DNA from: Octopus bimaculoides
Lineage: Eukaryota
DNA: 64,000 nt
NCBI RefSeq assembly: GCF_001194135.2
Contig: NC_068991.1
Coordinates: 1,487,121 to 1,551,120 of the forward strand
Reading direction: 5' to 3'
Part shown: one piece after another, positions 23,716-38,250 of the stretch
Layout of the letters: every line of letters begins with the position of its first letter
Position numbering within the stretch: position 1 is the stretch's first letter
Notes under the pieces: model-generated
The model's input: only the letters and a program-made list of their open reading frames with translations
Databases searched by the model: none
What the model was told of the DNA's origin: nothing
Position numbers and translations under genes: made by a program

Positions 23716-25094
23716 TTTTGCAGACAATTGGATAGACATTTGTATTATTATCATTATTATTATTATCATTTAATATAACTGATTGCAATTCATTTTATGA
23801 TTGCTTTTATTATTCGAAGTCCGCTGCTGATTCATCTAAAAACACCATGCTGTGTGCTTCATTTATTTCTGTTGTCAAATCGCGTCTGTGGTATTTTCTG
23901 CGCTCGGAATGTTTGGTTTGTTGTATGGATTGTTGTACCTGCTTATTGCCATTCTTTGCAGAGGTATTCTCATCCCTGCCCCTCTAATTTAATAGAAAAG
24001 CTATGTTTTATATTGAAAAAAAAAACATTACTCATTCCTGACATAAAAGTACAGCCCACACCAAACGAGAAAATTAATGTGCATTCAGGATCTTAGGAAA
24101 TAAGTGTTGATCAACGATCTACACGACTGTGAAACTGAATTGGGATTAAGCAACAACGACAATCACCACATCAACCATCATCATCATCATCATCATCTTC
24201 CAGCAGAACCGATTGAGGAATAATGTAAAAACGTCGTTGAATCTAGAAGTTTTACTGTGGTAAAAAAAAAAAAACTGTAAACGACTCAGAAGAAAATAGA
24301 GCACTGACGTGTGTGTATGTGTGTGCGCGCGCGCGCATATCTGTGTTTGTGTGTGCGTGCATATGTGTAAGCGCGTGTGTCCTGAATACTTAATTAGCAA
24401 TCAACTCTAATATTAAACACTTCATATCTGATTACAATTGAAACAATGAAAACGTGAAATTACGAAAGGCGAAAGAGAACACACATAAGATGGAACCGGA
24501 GATTCATCATTCTCTACTTTTATAGACGGCACGTTTCTGTGAGCGCCTAAGCATACATATATAAATATATTACATACATTCATATACTACACACACAATA
24601 TGTATGCATGTATGTATATACCTATGTATGTGTAAATACATACATGCATATATATATACATACATACATACATACACACATATCTTAAAAATACATATGT
24701 ATATATAAATAAATATATAGCTGTGTGTGTGTGTGTGTGTGTGCTAGTACACACACACACACACACAATTGTGAGCTTGTGAATTCCATCAGCTTGTACT
24801 GTTGCCACTTGGTAAACCAGCTGATGGCTGACCTTCTTGGAAATATGATATCAGAATCGTTAAAGTTCTTATTGATATTAGTAATTGACAAATTAGAAAC
24901 CAATTTCTAAGTGTATTCCTTTGTCACGTAATTTCATTTAATATTATTTCCGATTCCTTGTTTGTCTTTTACATTTTCGGATGGTTTAAAGACTGACTTA
25001 AGTACGAACTATATTCAAAGTTGCAATTACAGCTTAGAATTAGTGAGGTTCGCAGTTACAGAACTCCCAACATACGTCCCTAAGAGATGTGTTT

Positions 25095-25489
25095 ATTCTT
25101 TTAGGCACAAAGCCCGAAATTTTGGGGGAAAGGTCCAGTCGATTAAATCGACCTCAGTACACAACTGGTACGTAATTTATCGACCCCGAAATAATGCAAA
25201 AGCAAAGATGACTTCGGTGGAATTTGTACACAGAACATAAAGACAAACGAAATACCTATTTCTTTACTGCCCACAAGGGGCTATACACAGAGGGGACAAA
25301 CAAGGATAGACAAACAGATTAAGTCGATTATATCGACCCCAGTGCGTAACTGGTACTTATTTAATCGACCCCGAAAGGATGAAAAGCAAAGTCGACCTCG
25401 GCGGAATTTGAACCCAGAACGTAGCGGCAGACGAAATACCGCTAAGCATTTCGCCTGGCGTGCTTAACGTATCCGCAAGTCTGCCGCCT
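25095..25489 (-). mobile_element. Two adjacent SINE family A copies with different 3' tails
   Basis: Both 25095-~25258 and ~25259-25489 carry the ATCGACCCCGAAA..AAAGCAAAG body. The second copy is close to the family consensus seen in this window. Confidence 0.85.
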
Positions 25490-26232
25490 AGAAAATGAAT
25501 CGTTAATTTTTATTTAAATAATAACATTTTTCAAAATGTCATGAAAGCATTATGATTTCTGTTATAATTCAGCTCCTGTTCAATAGGCCCTCCATCCATG
25601 ATCATCCCATCAGTCTTGTATAACAGAAATGTTATAAATTTAAGTGGGTGCGGTATAATTTGTAGGAGATTCAGATACCAATTCCTGCAGGTCTATCGGT
25701 CTGAAGTTCTTTCGTCGTCCTGTTGAAACAAAATATTTTAATACCCGTCTATATAATATATGCGTATGAGTGTGTGCTCTACACACACACACACACACAC
25801 ACATACGTATATAACAACACTGACTACTTTCTTTGATTTATAGAAAGTGAAAGAGTTAATCGATGTCCATCTAGTGTCCACATTTCTCCCCGTCAATATT
25901 CATTTTTATCAACACATTAAGCGGCCGTTTGGACACAGGTTATTAATATCCAGAGGCGAACTCTATTTTGATAAAGTGGATTCCAGAGACACACTAGAAC
26001 CATTCCAACTAAAACTCTGCTTTCTAATAGTTTGGTAATAGTCTACAGCCGTTTTTGTCTTCTCTTTCTCCCCCACAAATATGCACACATACATATACAT
26101 GCAAAGATAGGTTTATATATATGTATGTGTGTGTGTGTGTATTTGTGTACATATGAATATCTATACCCTCGCAGACATATATATATATCGCTTTAACTAC
26201 TTACCTACCTGTCTATCTATTTATCTATCCAC

Positions 26233-26289
<57 letters not shown>

Positions 26290-27009
26290 TATAGATATAT
26301 ATAGATATACATATATGTATATATATACACATATAGATACACACAGACACGGAGAGAGAGAGAGAAAGAGAGATAAAGAGAGAGATAATATACAAATAGC
26401 ACACATATATGTGTGTGTATTGTCTCCATTTCTTTTCTTGCCTTCTGCTAAAATGGTCATTTGAACCAGCGTTTATTTTTCTCTAATGGAAATATTCCGA
26501 ACATTATATTGTCTTTGCTCTTTTATATTAATGCATTGCCTGACCACGTTATTTTATAAAAATCATTTCCTTTCTTTCTCTCCTCAACCCCTTCCTCCCC
26601 TCCTCCTTTCCTTTCTTCTTGCTTCACACCTTTCTTCATATCCAACACACATTTTCCATTAATCAGCCATGCTTTATTCTCTCCATCTCTCCAAGCAAGC
26701 CATCAATATCCGGCGCTGTACTCTATTATGACCAATATATATTCAGATTTTTATTGCTTATCCATCAAAGAATTTAGTCAACAGATTCTGCCCTGCTTTC
26801 AGTGTTATAATCTTTAACGATACAAATATAGCCGTTGGGTAGAAAAACATAATCAGTTATTCAGAGGACATTGAACGAATATCGCAGGGGAAGGAAAAGG
26901 ACAAGAATTCAGTAACAAAAGAGGAATTAGTATGGCGGAATCCATTAGAACAGTTCTTAATACGTCGACGGCCATTTTACCTAAGTTTTGTCGCCGATAC
27001 TATGTGTAT

Positions 27010-27215
27010 AGTGTAGCCTCTACGCAGGCACATGATCTGCTAGAAACAGCAACCACGTCTCCCTTAAATCAAACTCCTAAATTTTTCTAAAATTGGTGAG
27101 AGACATATGAGATTATATATTTTGAACATAGACGGATAGGTCACATTCGGAATGTCTTATTAGGGTGTGGCTCGACCAGGATTCATCTGAATGTAAACAA
27201 TAACAAAAACAACCA
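27010..27215 (+). repeat. Old dispersed repeat family E (CTGCTAGAAA(C/T)AGCA...CCCT.AAATCA core, CAA-rich end)
   Basis: Related diverged copies at ~57690-57845, ~59660-59890 and ~59930-60120 (+), and at ~3110-3290, ~11420-11600 and ~25560-25720 (-). Confidence 0.55.
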
Positions 27216-27545
27216 CAGCAACAACAGCAGCATGCTCATTGACTAGATTAAAGCAAGATGATGAATTATTCAGAAATAATTGATACACTGTTGTCCTATA
27301 TGTAAACGCCATTTCCCATTAACGTTGAGAAATGAAGTGTTTGGAAAGTTTGCTGCTAAAATAGCCACCACCGGGGGAAAAACCTACTTCACTCACTTTC
27401 ACTGTCCATTCTGCTCTCGTAGTTTGATTGACTTTACTGAATTCTAAAACTGTTTACTTGGTGCGTGATGCTATTTTAGTGACTGCAGCAACAGCAGCAG
27501 CAGTAGTAGTAATAGTAGTTGTTGTTGATGTTATTCTTCCAAAAC

Positions 27546-27648
27546 GTCGAGTTGGCGGAATGATTAGCGCGTTGACAAAACGCTACGGTATTTGTTCCAG
27601 CTTTTTACGTTCTGAGTTCAAATTCGGCTGCCGTCATCTTTGCCGTTT
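27546..27648 (+). mobile_element. SINE family A head fragment
   Basis: GAGTTGGCGGAATGATTAGC...TACGTTCTGAGTTCAAATTC...CTTTGCC. Confidence 0.7.
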
Positions 27649-27659
27649 ACTTTTCTGAT

Positions 27660-28260
27660 GTTGATGAATGAAAATACCAGTCAACTCCTGACAATCATAG
27701 ACAAATTGAACCAAATCTTCCTTCAGTTCCATTGTCAGAACGATCCAAATCATAATGGTGCCTAGGAAAGTTGCGTCAGTGTTAACAATATTTGAGATCC
27801 TTCCTTCACCCGGTTCCAGCAACCAGTTTCCATAGTGATCTATCCGAATGACGCAGCAAAATCAAACAATCGAAAACTCCTATATTTGTCCGGATATGCA
27901 AAACTTTGCATTGATTTCAAATGGTAGATCATTCCGTGTATGCATCAGTTACCGAAAATTGTAAAGTTCTACGGATTACTGAGAGAAGTTTGCAAAAACC
28001 ACCCTTGAGGATAAATAATTTCTTTCCAAGAAGTTGGCTACTGTTTGTTACATCTTGAAAAAATTCAAAATTAAGAGAAAATGTTGGTGGTATGTTGGAG
28101 ATTCCTCTCACATTAATTCTTGGTCTTTGCACAGAAGATGTCTCATATTAGGAGATACATGGCAGGTTGAATTAGATTTTATTGGAATGGGAACATGAAT
28201 CGAGAGTGGGCAACCTGTTCGAGCCCCATTTGTCACATTACGTTATTGCTATTGATGGTA
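27660..28260 (+). mobile_element. Probable decayed LINE (RTE-like) reverse transcriptase fragment
   Basis: One frame with stops gives LCIDFK..KIVKFYGL..FLSH*FLVFAQKM, resembling FIDFxKAFD..KxLxxYGI..ILSPxLFNIF. Identity is weak. Confidence 0.4.
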
Positions 28261-28877
28261 GGGGTGGTGGTGGGTGATGCAGGCGACGATGGTGGTAGTG
28301 GGTAGAAGCTGACAAACAATATTGTGCAAAAAAACAAATGGAAATTCTGGGTACATTAAGGGCATTCGATGCGGTTTAAATACTTTTCAGTGACAAATTT
28401 GTTAATCAATGTTGGAAGTGAACCAAAAGCAACAACAACAAGTATCAAAATAACAGTAATTACAACAATAACTATAGCTACCAATCAAGAAAGATTGATG
28501 GAAAAGAACAGAAAACGAAAAGAGTTGCATAACACTGACTTTGTTCATTGAGAGAGAAATCCACAACGAGTTGACGTAGGATATAATTATATTTCAATGC
28601 ATTAGCTAAAAGCGCAAATACGTATGTATGTGTGTATGTATATATGTATGTGTGTGCGTGAGTATGTGTGACTATGTGTGAGTGTATGAGTGTGTGTGTG
28701 TGTGTGAAAGTATGCATGTATGCATGTGTTAATATATAAATACATAACACACACACACATATGTATATCTTAATAAGCATATATATATATGTATTGATAT
28801 ATTTACATATATATGTGTGTGTGGCTGTGTGTGTGTATGTTTCTCTGTATATATATTTATTTATCTATATATGTGTG

Positions 28878-28908
<31 letters not shown>

Positions 28909-29777
28909 ACACAGAGACATATATATATATGCAGACTCATGTGAGAGAGTGTGCGTATGAATGTGCATGTGTGTATGACTACGTAAATAAATATATGCAT
29001 AATAATGTGTGTACATTTATGTGTGTGTGTGTGTGTGTGCACACGACCGTTGGTGTGTGAGTGCTTGTGTGTATGAATGAATGAAAAAATTTTCTGCATA
29101 GAGAGAAAATAAATATTTGAGATATCTTTGGGATGGAAAGTAAAAGGAAATAATAAGAAAGCAAAAGAATGGTAAACGAAGTAGCTGTGAGCCAGGAGTA
29201 TTTTAGTTAAGCTTTATATATTGAGAGACAGAACAACATTAGATTAATCATGAAAAACGGTGTTTGGCTAAAATAAATACTATTATTAACTTGACCCTTT
29301 CATTGTGAAGTATTGCAAAAAAAAGACGAGGTGACTTCTCTTGCTAGAAGATAACAAATTGATGGATTTAATAACTAATGGAATTAATAAAGAAAAAGGA
29401 AGAACCGAGCATTATTAAATAAGAAGGAAAATACAAGTAGTATCTGCGAAGCGGGGGAAAATGATAAGGAAAAACGAGAAAATCCATGCATTGACAGCGT
29501 TCACCAGCCAACACACCTAAAGTGAAGGAAAGATTCACTTCAAAACCTGTATTGATGTGTATTTGTATGTATGTGTGTATGTATCTATGAATGTTTAGGT
29601 GTGTCTATGTGTGTGATGGACAACTGAATGTAAGGCTGTATTAGTATATGGATGTGCTTGTGTATTTATACCCCTTACTATCGCCTAATTCTCACCATAT
29701 ATACAAGAATATATGCCTATATATACATACACAAATATATGTTATGTATGTGTATATATATACGTGCGTTTGTACAA

Positions 29778-29834
<57 letters not shown>

Positions 29835-30152
29835 AAATATAAACATATGTATGTATACATGTATGGATGGATGGATATTAGATGTGTATATATATATATA
29901 TGATGCGCAATTACACATGTTACCAGAAGTATACATTCAATCATAATTCCAAATCTACACCAAAGGATACAACCATTTCCACATTCCTGCATGTCCGCTG
30001 CATAATTAGGCCTTCCTTCTCTCCATCNNNNNNNNNNNNNNNNNNNNNNNNNNNNNNNNNNNNNNNNNNNNNNNNNNNNNNNNNNNNNNNNNNNNNNNNN
30101 NNNNNNNNNNNNNNNNNNNNNNNNNNNNNNNNNNNNNNNNNNNNNNNNNNNN

Positions 30153-30218
<66 letters not shown>

Positions 30219-30319
30219 TGTAAGCATGCATATGTATACATGGGTGTCTGTATCTACACGTCTGTTTATATAAGAAGACTAATTAATGCTAAGATATATT
30301 CTCTAGCATGACTTAATGT

Positions 30320-31430
30320 GAGAAATTGAGATAATTACAAATATCTTGGAAAGCATTGGCATGTCAGCTATGTCGGTCCTATAAGGAGAGGCTGTCAGCT
30401 ACGTCACTCAACAAGGAGACGGCGAGGAATGAGCACCTCAGGAGGGTAAAAAATTAAAAGAAGTATGATCGTCTGCTCCCTCAGCTTACCACAGGTATAT
30501 TGCTCACGACACCCTTGCAGTCTCTATCCTCACAACCACACTTGGCCTTCTGAACTCTACACTACAAGAACTCGGTCCGATAGGTGATGGAACACGCAAG
30601 CTCTTCAGTATTACAGGAAACTTCAACAACAATGGGCACGTAGCTACGCTATTCATCAGTGGTGGTCGTTGTCGCTAATCTGTATTGATGTCACGTGAAG
30701 CACGTATTGTGAAAATGCTTCATCTGCAGCAGAGGAAAGAGACCAGGAACTACCTTGCTCGAGTTTGGGACCACAAAATAATCAACAACATAATTAGGAT
30801 GGTCAATGAATTTTAATGAGTGTTATGAAATAACAGCTGATACATCTCTCTCCCCAAGTAACATTTGTAAATTCTATTTATCAAAAGAACAAAAATGTAA
30901 AAAAAATGGACCGCTTCACTGAGAAGGTAATAAATAGGTGGTTGGTACGAAAGACACAAATCATAGATGGAATTGATAATATTAAAAAACTTAGCATGAT
31001 GTATTAACAAGTTTATGACGTCCCCACTTCGAAGTCAACCTGCATTCAATTGAAGAAAATGATATCAGCCACCGAGTATTTGCAGCATTCAAAGCAGATA
31101 ACATTTATAGGCACCAAAGGTAGGTTGAGCAAAACTAAGACTGGAGTCATCAACCACATTATGGCCAACTGCTACAAAATTCTATTATCTTTCTATGAGA
31201 TAATGGTACGATGGCTAGGACAGTCTTGACCGGATAAAGTGGACTCTATTGAGACCGATGGATCAAAAGAATATTGGTGGAACTTTAGAATTTTAAATCA
31301 GTCGCTATCTTAAAATACAACCGGCCAGATGATGTTGTCTGGGATCAGAAGGAAAAAAGAAATCGTGGAAATCAGCAGCCGTCAGGAGAGCAACATCGAA
31401 AAGTGCAAGAGGACATCTATGGAAATTAAA
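30320..31430 (+). mobile_element. Decayed R4-clade (RLE) non-LTR retrotransposon, 3' part
   Basis: Motifs in order: YKYLG (30336); LNKETARNEHLRRVK; AHDTLAVSILTTTLGLL...TRKLF.ITGNF...GGR; MTS/HFE; CIQ..ISATEYL; GRLSKTKTGVINHIMANC (CCHC knuckle remnant); EYWWNFRI; YNRPDDVVWD..IVEIS (PD-D/ExK endonuclease). Confidence 0.85.
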
Positions 31431-31551
31431 TGAAGAAGAGAACATACATGCATGCATACATACCTATGTATTCATGTATGACACTATCTATCTATCTCTC
31501 TATCTATCTATATGTATGTCTCCGTCTCGCTTAGTCTCTGTCTCATTCTTT

Positions 31552-31598
<47 letters not shown>

Positions 31599-32344
31599 AA
31601 CATTATGTTTTATTCGTATACATATACGTATAATATGAATATATAAGTAAATATAAACACACACACACACTCATATACATATATATTGACATTACCGACA
31701 CAGCTGAACGAAGAGTATTAGAACATTAGACACCATCATTGTCCACTATAATTATGTCATTTATGCGATAGCTGGAAGAAGTCGTTGGAATAAAATAAAT
31801 AACCATGTTCTGTATTTTATTGGGAACGGAACAGTTGCGTTAAAAATAAATATATAAATAAAAGCAAATAGAGAACAAAATACATAAAATACTAGTAAGG
31901 GTGGAACATATATATTTGTAACGGTTGATTATATATTTCTATCAATGGATATATGCAGTCAGCGAAATATTAAGTGAATCATTATTAATACTAAGTGTGA
32001 TATCATAAACAGTAATCACAGTGACATGAGCAACGATATGAAGATTGGAATGAACAGCGGTTGGACGCTGTCAATAAGTTAGCGGGTCAGCGTTTACAGA
32101 TTGGATATTGACTGTTACTTGGACGAGTAGAACTGAAATATCTATCTATCTACCTATCAGTGTGTGTATGTATGTATCTATCTATCTATCTGAGGGCTTA
32201 AGAATTCCAACGAATATACGAGGATCCCTAATCTATAGGTGAGACCTAGTCAATATCGAAACTGAACTGTAAAAGAAAGTTGATGTTTCCGTAGAGAATC
32301 TTGACAAGGGAGCAACTGGGCTACTAAGTTAGTCAGAAATAGAG

Positions 32345-32500
32345 GCATGACAGTGTAGTGAGGAGGTTCGGCTTGCAAATACATCACCTCAGGTTCAATT
32401 CCAGTGTGAACTACCTTGAGCAAGTAATATACTCTAATTTAGCTTCGGGTCGGAAGTTAAAATTTGAGTAAAATTTGATTGATGAAAACTGTAAGGAATC
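32345..32500 (+). mobile_element. SINE family B head/core, diverged
   Basis: GGTTCAATTCC..CCTTGAGCAAGT...GATTGATGAAAACTG. Confidence 0.55.
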
Positions 32501-33199
32501 CTGTAATCGGTCATGATCAACTGCATCAATTTCATCAAGTTATATAGTAAATGTTTTAAAATGCTAAACTATTTTTAATCAATGAATCAAAAGAAAAAAA
32601 AGGAGAAGTATAAAAGAAAGTTTCTTTAATCTTCTCAGACATTCTAATCTATTTTTACTAAGTGCTTAGAAGATATATTTACAATCAGTTTCATTTTCTG
32701 AAGCAAAACATAGCGATGAGAAAAAAGAAATTTATGAAAGAAACGTTTATGTTATAGAAATGATAAATGTTAATTTAAAAGTAAATTAATTTATTACAAA
32801 TACATACAGATCAATAAGAGCGTCTTTCCTAATTATCTTAATAATTAATAAGCTACTTAAGAACAGTGTGATGAACATTTCCAGCAAGTCTTTTTTTCAT
32901 TGCAATGAATGCGGAATGACTAACGAAAAATTGTATGTATGTATATATATATATATACACGTGTGTGTGTGTATGTATGTATCTATGCATGTGTATTTAT
33001 GTGTGTATGTATGCACATGCCTGTGTATGAGAGTGTATCTCACTAAAAGAGCAGCAAGATGAATTTCATTTCTTGATGGCTACAGAAGGTTGACAATTCG
33101 TTGCCTAATGTCGTTATAGATATTATGCAACAGAGTGCATTTATCTTCCAGTCAATGGTTCACTGAACACACCTGAACACACGTAATAAATCAGCTGCG

Positions 33200-33530
33200 G
33201 AAATGAAGTGGAATCTACAGGCGGATTTGAATAGATTTGCTGCAGAGAGAAAACAAGGACGGATGGGCTTGACGAAGCTAATTCGTTCTAAACGTTACAA
33301 TACCCCAAGGGACGGGTTGGTTATAACCTTCATGATATCAATGGAAAAACTAGTCAGGTTATCCATGTTATTATACATGAACTCTCAAATGCAACTAATA
33401 ATGCAAGAATATTACTATAAACATAACAGCTTAGCACTGCAAACAGCGGGAGCATACACTATTTAACATGCACGGGAGTTTCATTAACTTTCGGCGATGA
33501 ACTTCGATCCAGCAATGGTTGTAGCCTAAA
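33200..33530 (+). mobile_element. Decayed Dong/R4-type LINE fragment with internal deletion
   Basis: ADLNRFAAERKQGRMGL resembles DVDRLYxxRKxGGRGL, and QEYYYKHNSLA resembles the post-knuckle QxEYxxRHNxVA. Confidence 0.55.
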
Positions 33531-33727
33531 GGTAACTGATACTATATGAGAAATGAGTGGAGACTTATAAAAGAGAAATTACGATATATTTAGATAACTC
33601 TTTCTCTCCCTCTCTCTGTTTATCTACCCGTCTATCTATTTATCAATTCATACACATATACACACCCGTGTGTATATATATATACATACACACACACATA
33701 TATATATATACCTATATATAAATACAC

Positions 33728-33802
<75 letters not shown>

Positions 33803-33891
33803 NNNNNNNNNNTATATACATAGATAAATATATATATATATATATATACATAGATAAATATATATCTATATATGTATGTATGAGTGTGTGT

Positions 33892-33933
<42 letters not shown>

Positions 33934-34884
33934 ATATTTGGGGATTGTAATATTTTTGCCAATTACACACATGCACTGTATAATTGGTTTTCATTGAGCT
34001 TTATTATTATTATTATTAACCCTTGTTTCAACACACGGTTTCACTTTAGGAATATTACAAAACAAACACATTCATGCATACACCCACACACACACACACA
34101 CATATATATATACACACACACATATGTGTATGTAAACACACAGATCATATATATATATATATATACACACACACGCACGCACACACACACACACACACGT
34201 ATATATAAATTCTTTTCTTCTCACATTCTTTCATAAGGTACTTTATTCAGACAATCCCGTGTAACTTCCATTTTCTTTTTTTATCTTATATTTCTTGGCA
34301 TTCCTTCATTCTTTTGCCTGATATTGATCGATCAACGTAGAGTAGATGCGAATATATGGCTTATAACAGCAGCAGCCAAACCGCTTCACTCGATACACTT
34401 CAGATCAATATTCTGTTCCCTTTCCAATTCCGATGAGGTTTTTGTTACGTTATACACCACAAACATATCGATATATCAATTACTACTTAACGATTTGATT
34501 GACTCATAAAACATGTCTGCTTACAACATCGTAAACGGTTTTGTGCAATTTAATTTACGCTCGTTTATTTGTATAACTGCATCCCTCATAAACGTGTGCG
34601 TTGTGTGCGCACGAGTGTATATGTGTGTGTGTGTGAATTTCTATATTAGACATTCCCATTATTTTTTCCACTCTCTGTGTACACACACACACAAACACAC
34701 ACACACGTGCGCGCAGACGTGCGCGCAGACGCACAAACGCACACATGCAGATATGAAACAGAGAAAATGAGAGGGAGTGTTTAATATAGAAACAAACATC
34801 CACCAAATTATACATCTTTCTTTCCCCCTCTCTTTCACCATGTATATTTGTATATACATACATATAGCCAATAGCATATATGTG

Positions 34885-34948
<64 letters not shown>

Positions 34949-35621
34949 TGTATATATTTATTATCTCCTTCCCGTTTATATACGTGTGTGAGTGTGTGTG
35001 NNNNNNNNNNNNNNNNNNNNNNNNNNNNNNNNNNNNNNNNNNNNNNNNNNNNNNNNNNNNNNNNNNNNNNNNNNNNNNNNNNNNNNNNNNNNNNNNNNNN
35101 NNNNNNNNNNNNNNNNNNNNNNNNNNNNNNNNNNNNNNNNNNNNNNNNNNNNNNNNNNNNNNNNNNNNNNNNNNNNNNNNNNNNNNNNNNNNNNNNNNNN
35201 NNNNNNNNNNNNNNNNNNNNNNNNNNNNNNNNNNNNNNNNNNNNNNNNNNNNNNNNNNNNNNNNNNNNNNNNNNNNNNNNNNNNNNNNNNNNNNNNNNNN
35301 NNNNNNNNNNNNNNNNNNNNNNNNNNNNNNNNNNNNNNNNNNNNNNNNNNNNNNNNNNNNNNNNNNNNNNNNNNNNNNNNNNNNNNNNNNNNNNNNNNNN
35401 NNNNNNNNNNNNNNNNNNNNNNNNNNNNNNNNNNNNNNNNNNNNNNNNNNNNNNNNNNNNNNNNNNNNNNNNNNNNNNNNNNNNNNNNNNNNNNNNNNNN
35501 NNNNNNNNNNNNNNNNNNNNNNNNNNNNNNNNNNNNNNNNNNNNNNNNNNNNNNNNNNNNNNNNNNNNNATATATATATATATATATATATATACCTACA
35601 TACATACATGCTGAGACCCCA

Positions 35622-35878
35622 GAACTCATTCTTTGCAAGCCTAGTGGTTAGTCTATCGGCCTCTTTTGCAGGGACGTAAACACCCAAACATCGGTTGTCA
35701 AGCGTTGGTGTGAGGGACAAACAGACTCATAGATACATAACCTCGGGCTTCTTTCAGTTTCCATCTACCAAATTCACAAACAAGGCCTTGGTCGGCTTGT
35801 AGCTATAGTAGAAGACACTTTCCCAAAGTTCCACGCAGTGGGACTGAACCCAGAACCATGTGGTTGGGAAGCAAGTTT
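35622..35878 (-). mobile_element. SINE family B copy
   Basis: GGGCTTCTTTCAGTTTCCATCTACCAAAT...GTAGAAGACACTT..CACGCAGTGGGACTGAACCC. Confidence 0.85.
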
Positions 35879-35918
35879 GTGTGTGTGTGTATATATATAT
35901 ATATATACACGCACACAA

Positions 35919-35982
<64 letters not shown>

Positions 35983-36517
35983 GACGAGCTTCTTTCGGTT
36001 TTCCTTTCCTTAATTCATTAGAGACGGTTTGGTTGGCTGTGTTACTTGTCCGACAGATGAACACTGGATTGAACGCGGAACTATGAGGTTGAGAATCTGG
36101 TTTCTTACCGCACCATACGGTTTATTAATGCAGTGTTCGAGGTATTACGTTGATGCAATAAATGACTTTTGTATGAAGGTAAATAGATGCGGGTGCGGGG
36201 TATATATATATGGTAAAATAAGATTTGCTGATGGTAGACGGTGAACGAGGAGAAAAACCTATTAGAGAGAAACAGACGAAAGAAGAAGTGTTGCTGGTGA
36301 TGACGATGATGAGGATGCCGACGATGGAGATTAAAGTGGAGTGAAACTTGAGCCGTGGGTAAATAATATAACTGCAGTCAATAACATAATCTAAATCATA
36401 TGCTGTGTACCATTCTCTCTCTGTCTATCCTTGACGTGTATGTGAATACGTGAATGTGCGTGCGAGGATTATATGTGTGTGTGTGCATGACCGCGACCGT
36501 ATGTGAGCCTGTGTGTA

Positions 36518-36574
<57 letters not shown>

Positions 36575-38018
36575 TCTTGCTATGTGCTCATGTATACATT
36601 ACATATGTATGTATGTATGAATGCAATGTATATTTATATAAATATGAACACACGAGCACATAGGTGCAAAAACAAGAAGAAACTGGTACTCGAATATCAA
36701 CGGTTAAGTAAAAATATAATATATGAAATATATAAAATATATAAAGTAAAGTAATATAAAATAAGGAAACAGTATTCCGAGCTTCGTGAAATTGTCTGAT
36801 AATTGTACGATGATTGGTTATGTGAAACTGGAAGTAACAGTTTGGGAAATAGTTCAGATTCAGCAAACACACATGCGCACGGCCACACATACACACACAA
36901 GAGAGAGAGAAATGGAGAGCAAAGAAGGAAGAGGGGAGAAATGGAAGAGAAGTAGAGTTAAGAGCTATACACACATAAAACGGTCTCTTGCATAATGCCA
37001 ACTGTCAACTGTTTTGTGTCTAACTGTAAAATAGTTATTTGTACTCGTATGTTTCATTACATATCGAAAAAAAAAACAGCAACATATATTTATAGCTGTA
37101 TATGTTGCAAGTAACTCTCCACCTCTGGAGGTACATTTAGTTTTTAATGGTAAATTTATAGGAGCTCAGCCACCATTTTAGTTTCGGCTTCGAAGTTTGA
37201 ATTCGATCTGTTGGTATGATTTGTTGTACACAACCCGCAAGTTTATTAAATGTCAAAATAAGTGAATTTCTCTATCGTCAATAGTGTATTAATTTTCGAA
37301 ATAAAAGTGCAGAACATATTGCTATTTACTGGTTTGATCTCTGCGTCTCAACAGGAATCATATTCCTGCATACGTATAGAAGACCTCAAAGTACATTTAA
37401 ACTCTATATTCTGTATTGGTTTGTTAAGAATTACATGATCTTTCGAATGTATATTTACAATATTATATCAACATTAAAGTTTAATTAGTTTGATCACTGA
37501 TCTTCAACAACATACATTATCATTGTATTGAAACAAATATCTTTGCTGCTTTTAATTACATCTCTAGACTATTTAACTCTTCGTTATTGTATTTTCAGCA
37601 CACATATCTACACTATACTGATAAGTTCAAACTCCGATTAACATCGGATATCTCATTCTGTGTATTTGTTCCAAATCAGAGGCGGGAAACAGCGAGCAAA
37701 AAAATTATATGTTGCGACTATAAAAATAAATATTGATATTAACAGTTCACATATGGTGAGTTGACCAAATCTCGAATCGAACTTGAATTAGCGATATATT
37801 TCACAGGAAATAAACAGCTACGCTAGCTATAATGTACACACACGACCTTAATAGTTCTTTATGTCTCACCAACTGTGAAATGCAGACATTCAAACAGCAC
37901 CGTTTGTAAGGGAGAATCGATTTTCGAGTATATTAAATGATATAGAGAAACTTGAGATGGACATTTATAACAATCATAATGCCGAACGAAAAACAGAAAT
38001 CGCCTGCTTAGTGTTCTA

Positions 38019-38063
<45 letters not shown>

Positions 38064-38074
38064 TTTTACCCTTT

Positions 38075-38250
38075 TACTTGATTCAGTCATTTCACTGCAG
38101 CCATGCTGGAGCACCGCCTTTAATCTAATGAATCGATCCCAGGACTTATTCTTTGTAAACTTAGTACTTATTCTATCGGTTTCTTATGCCGAACCGCTAT
38201 ATTACGGGGAGGTAAACACACTAACATCGGTTGTCAAGCAATGGTGGGCG
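38075..38250 (-). mobile_element. SINE family B 3' part
   Basis: CAGTCATTTCACTGCAGCCATGCTGGAGCACCGCC...GCCGAACCGCTA...CATCGGTTGTCAAGC. Confidence 0.85.

Noticed and set aside
27929-28132. Minus-strand KKLFILKGGFCKL, resembling a rhodanese/Cdc25 motif, and nearby CIHGMIYH, resembling a Helitron motif
   Set aside because: Isolated short matches with no splice sites or supporting motifs. The opposite strand fits a decayed RT somewhat better.
37140-37400. Possible further GIY-YIG remnant on the minus strand (IEFKCT...)
   Set aside because: Similarity is too weak to call.
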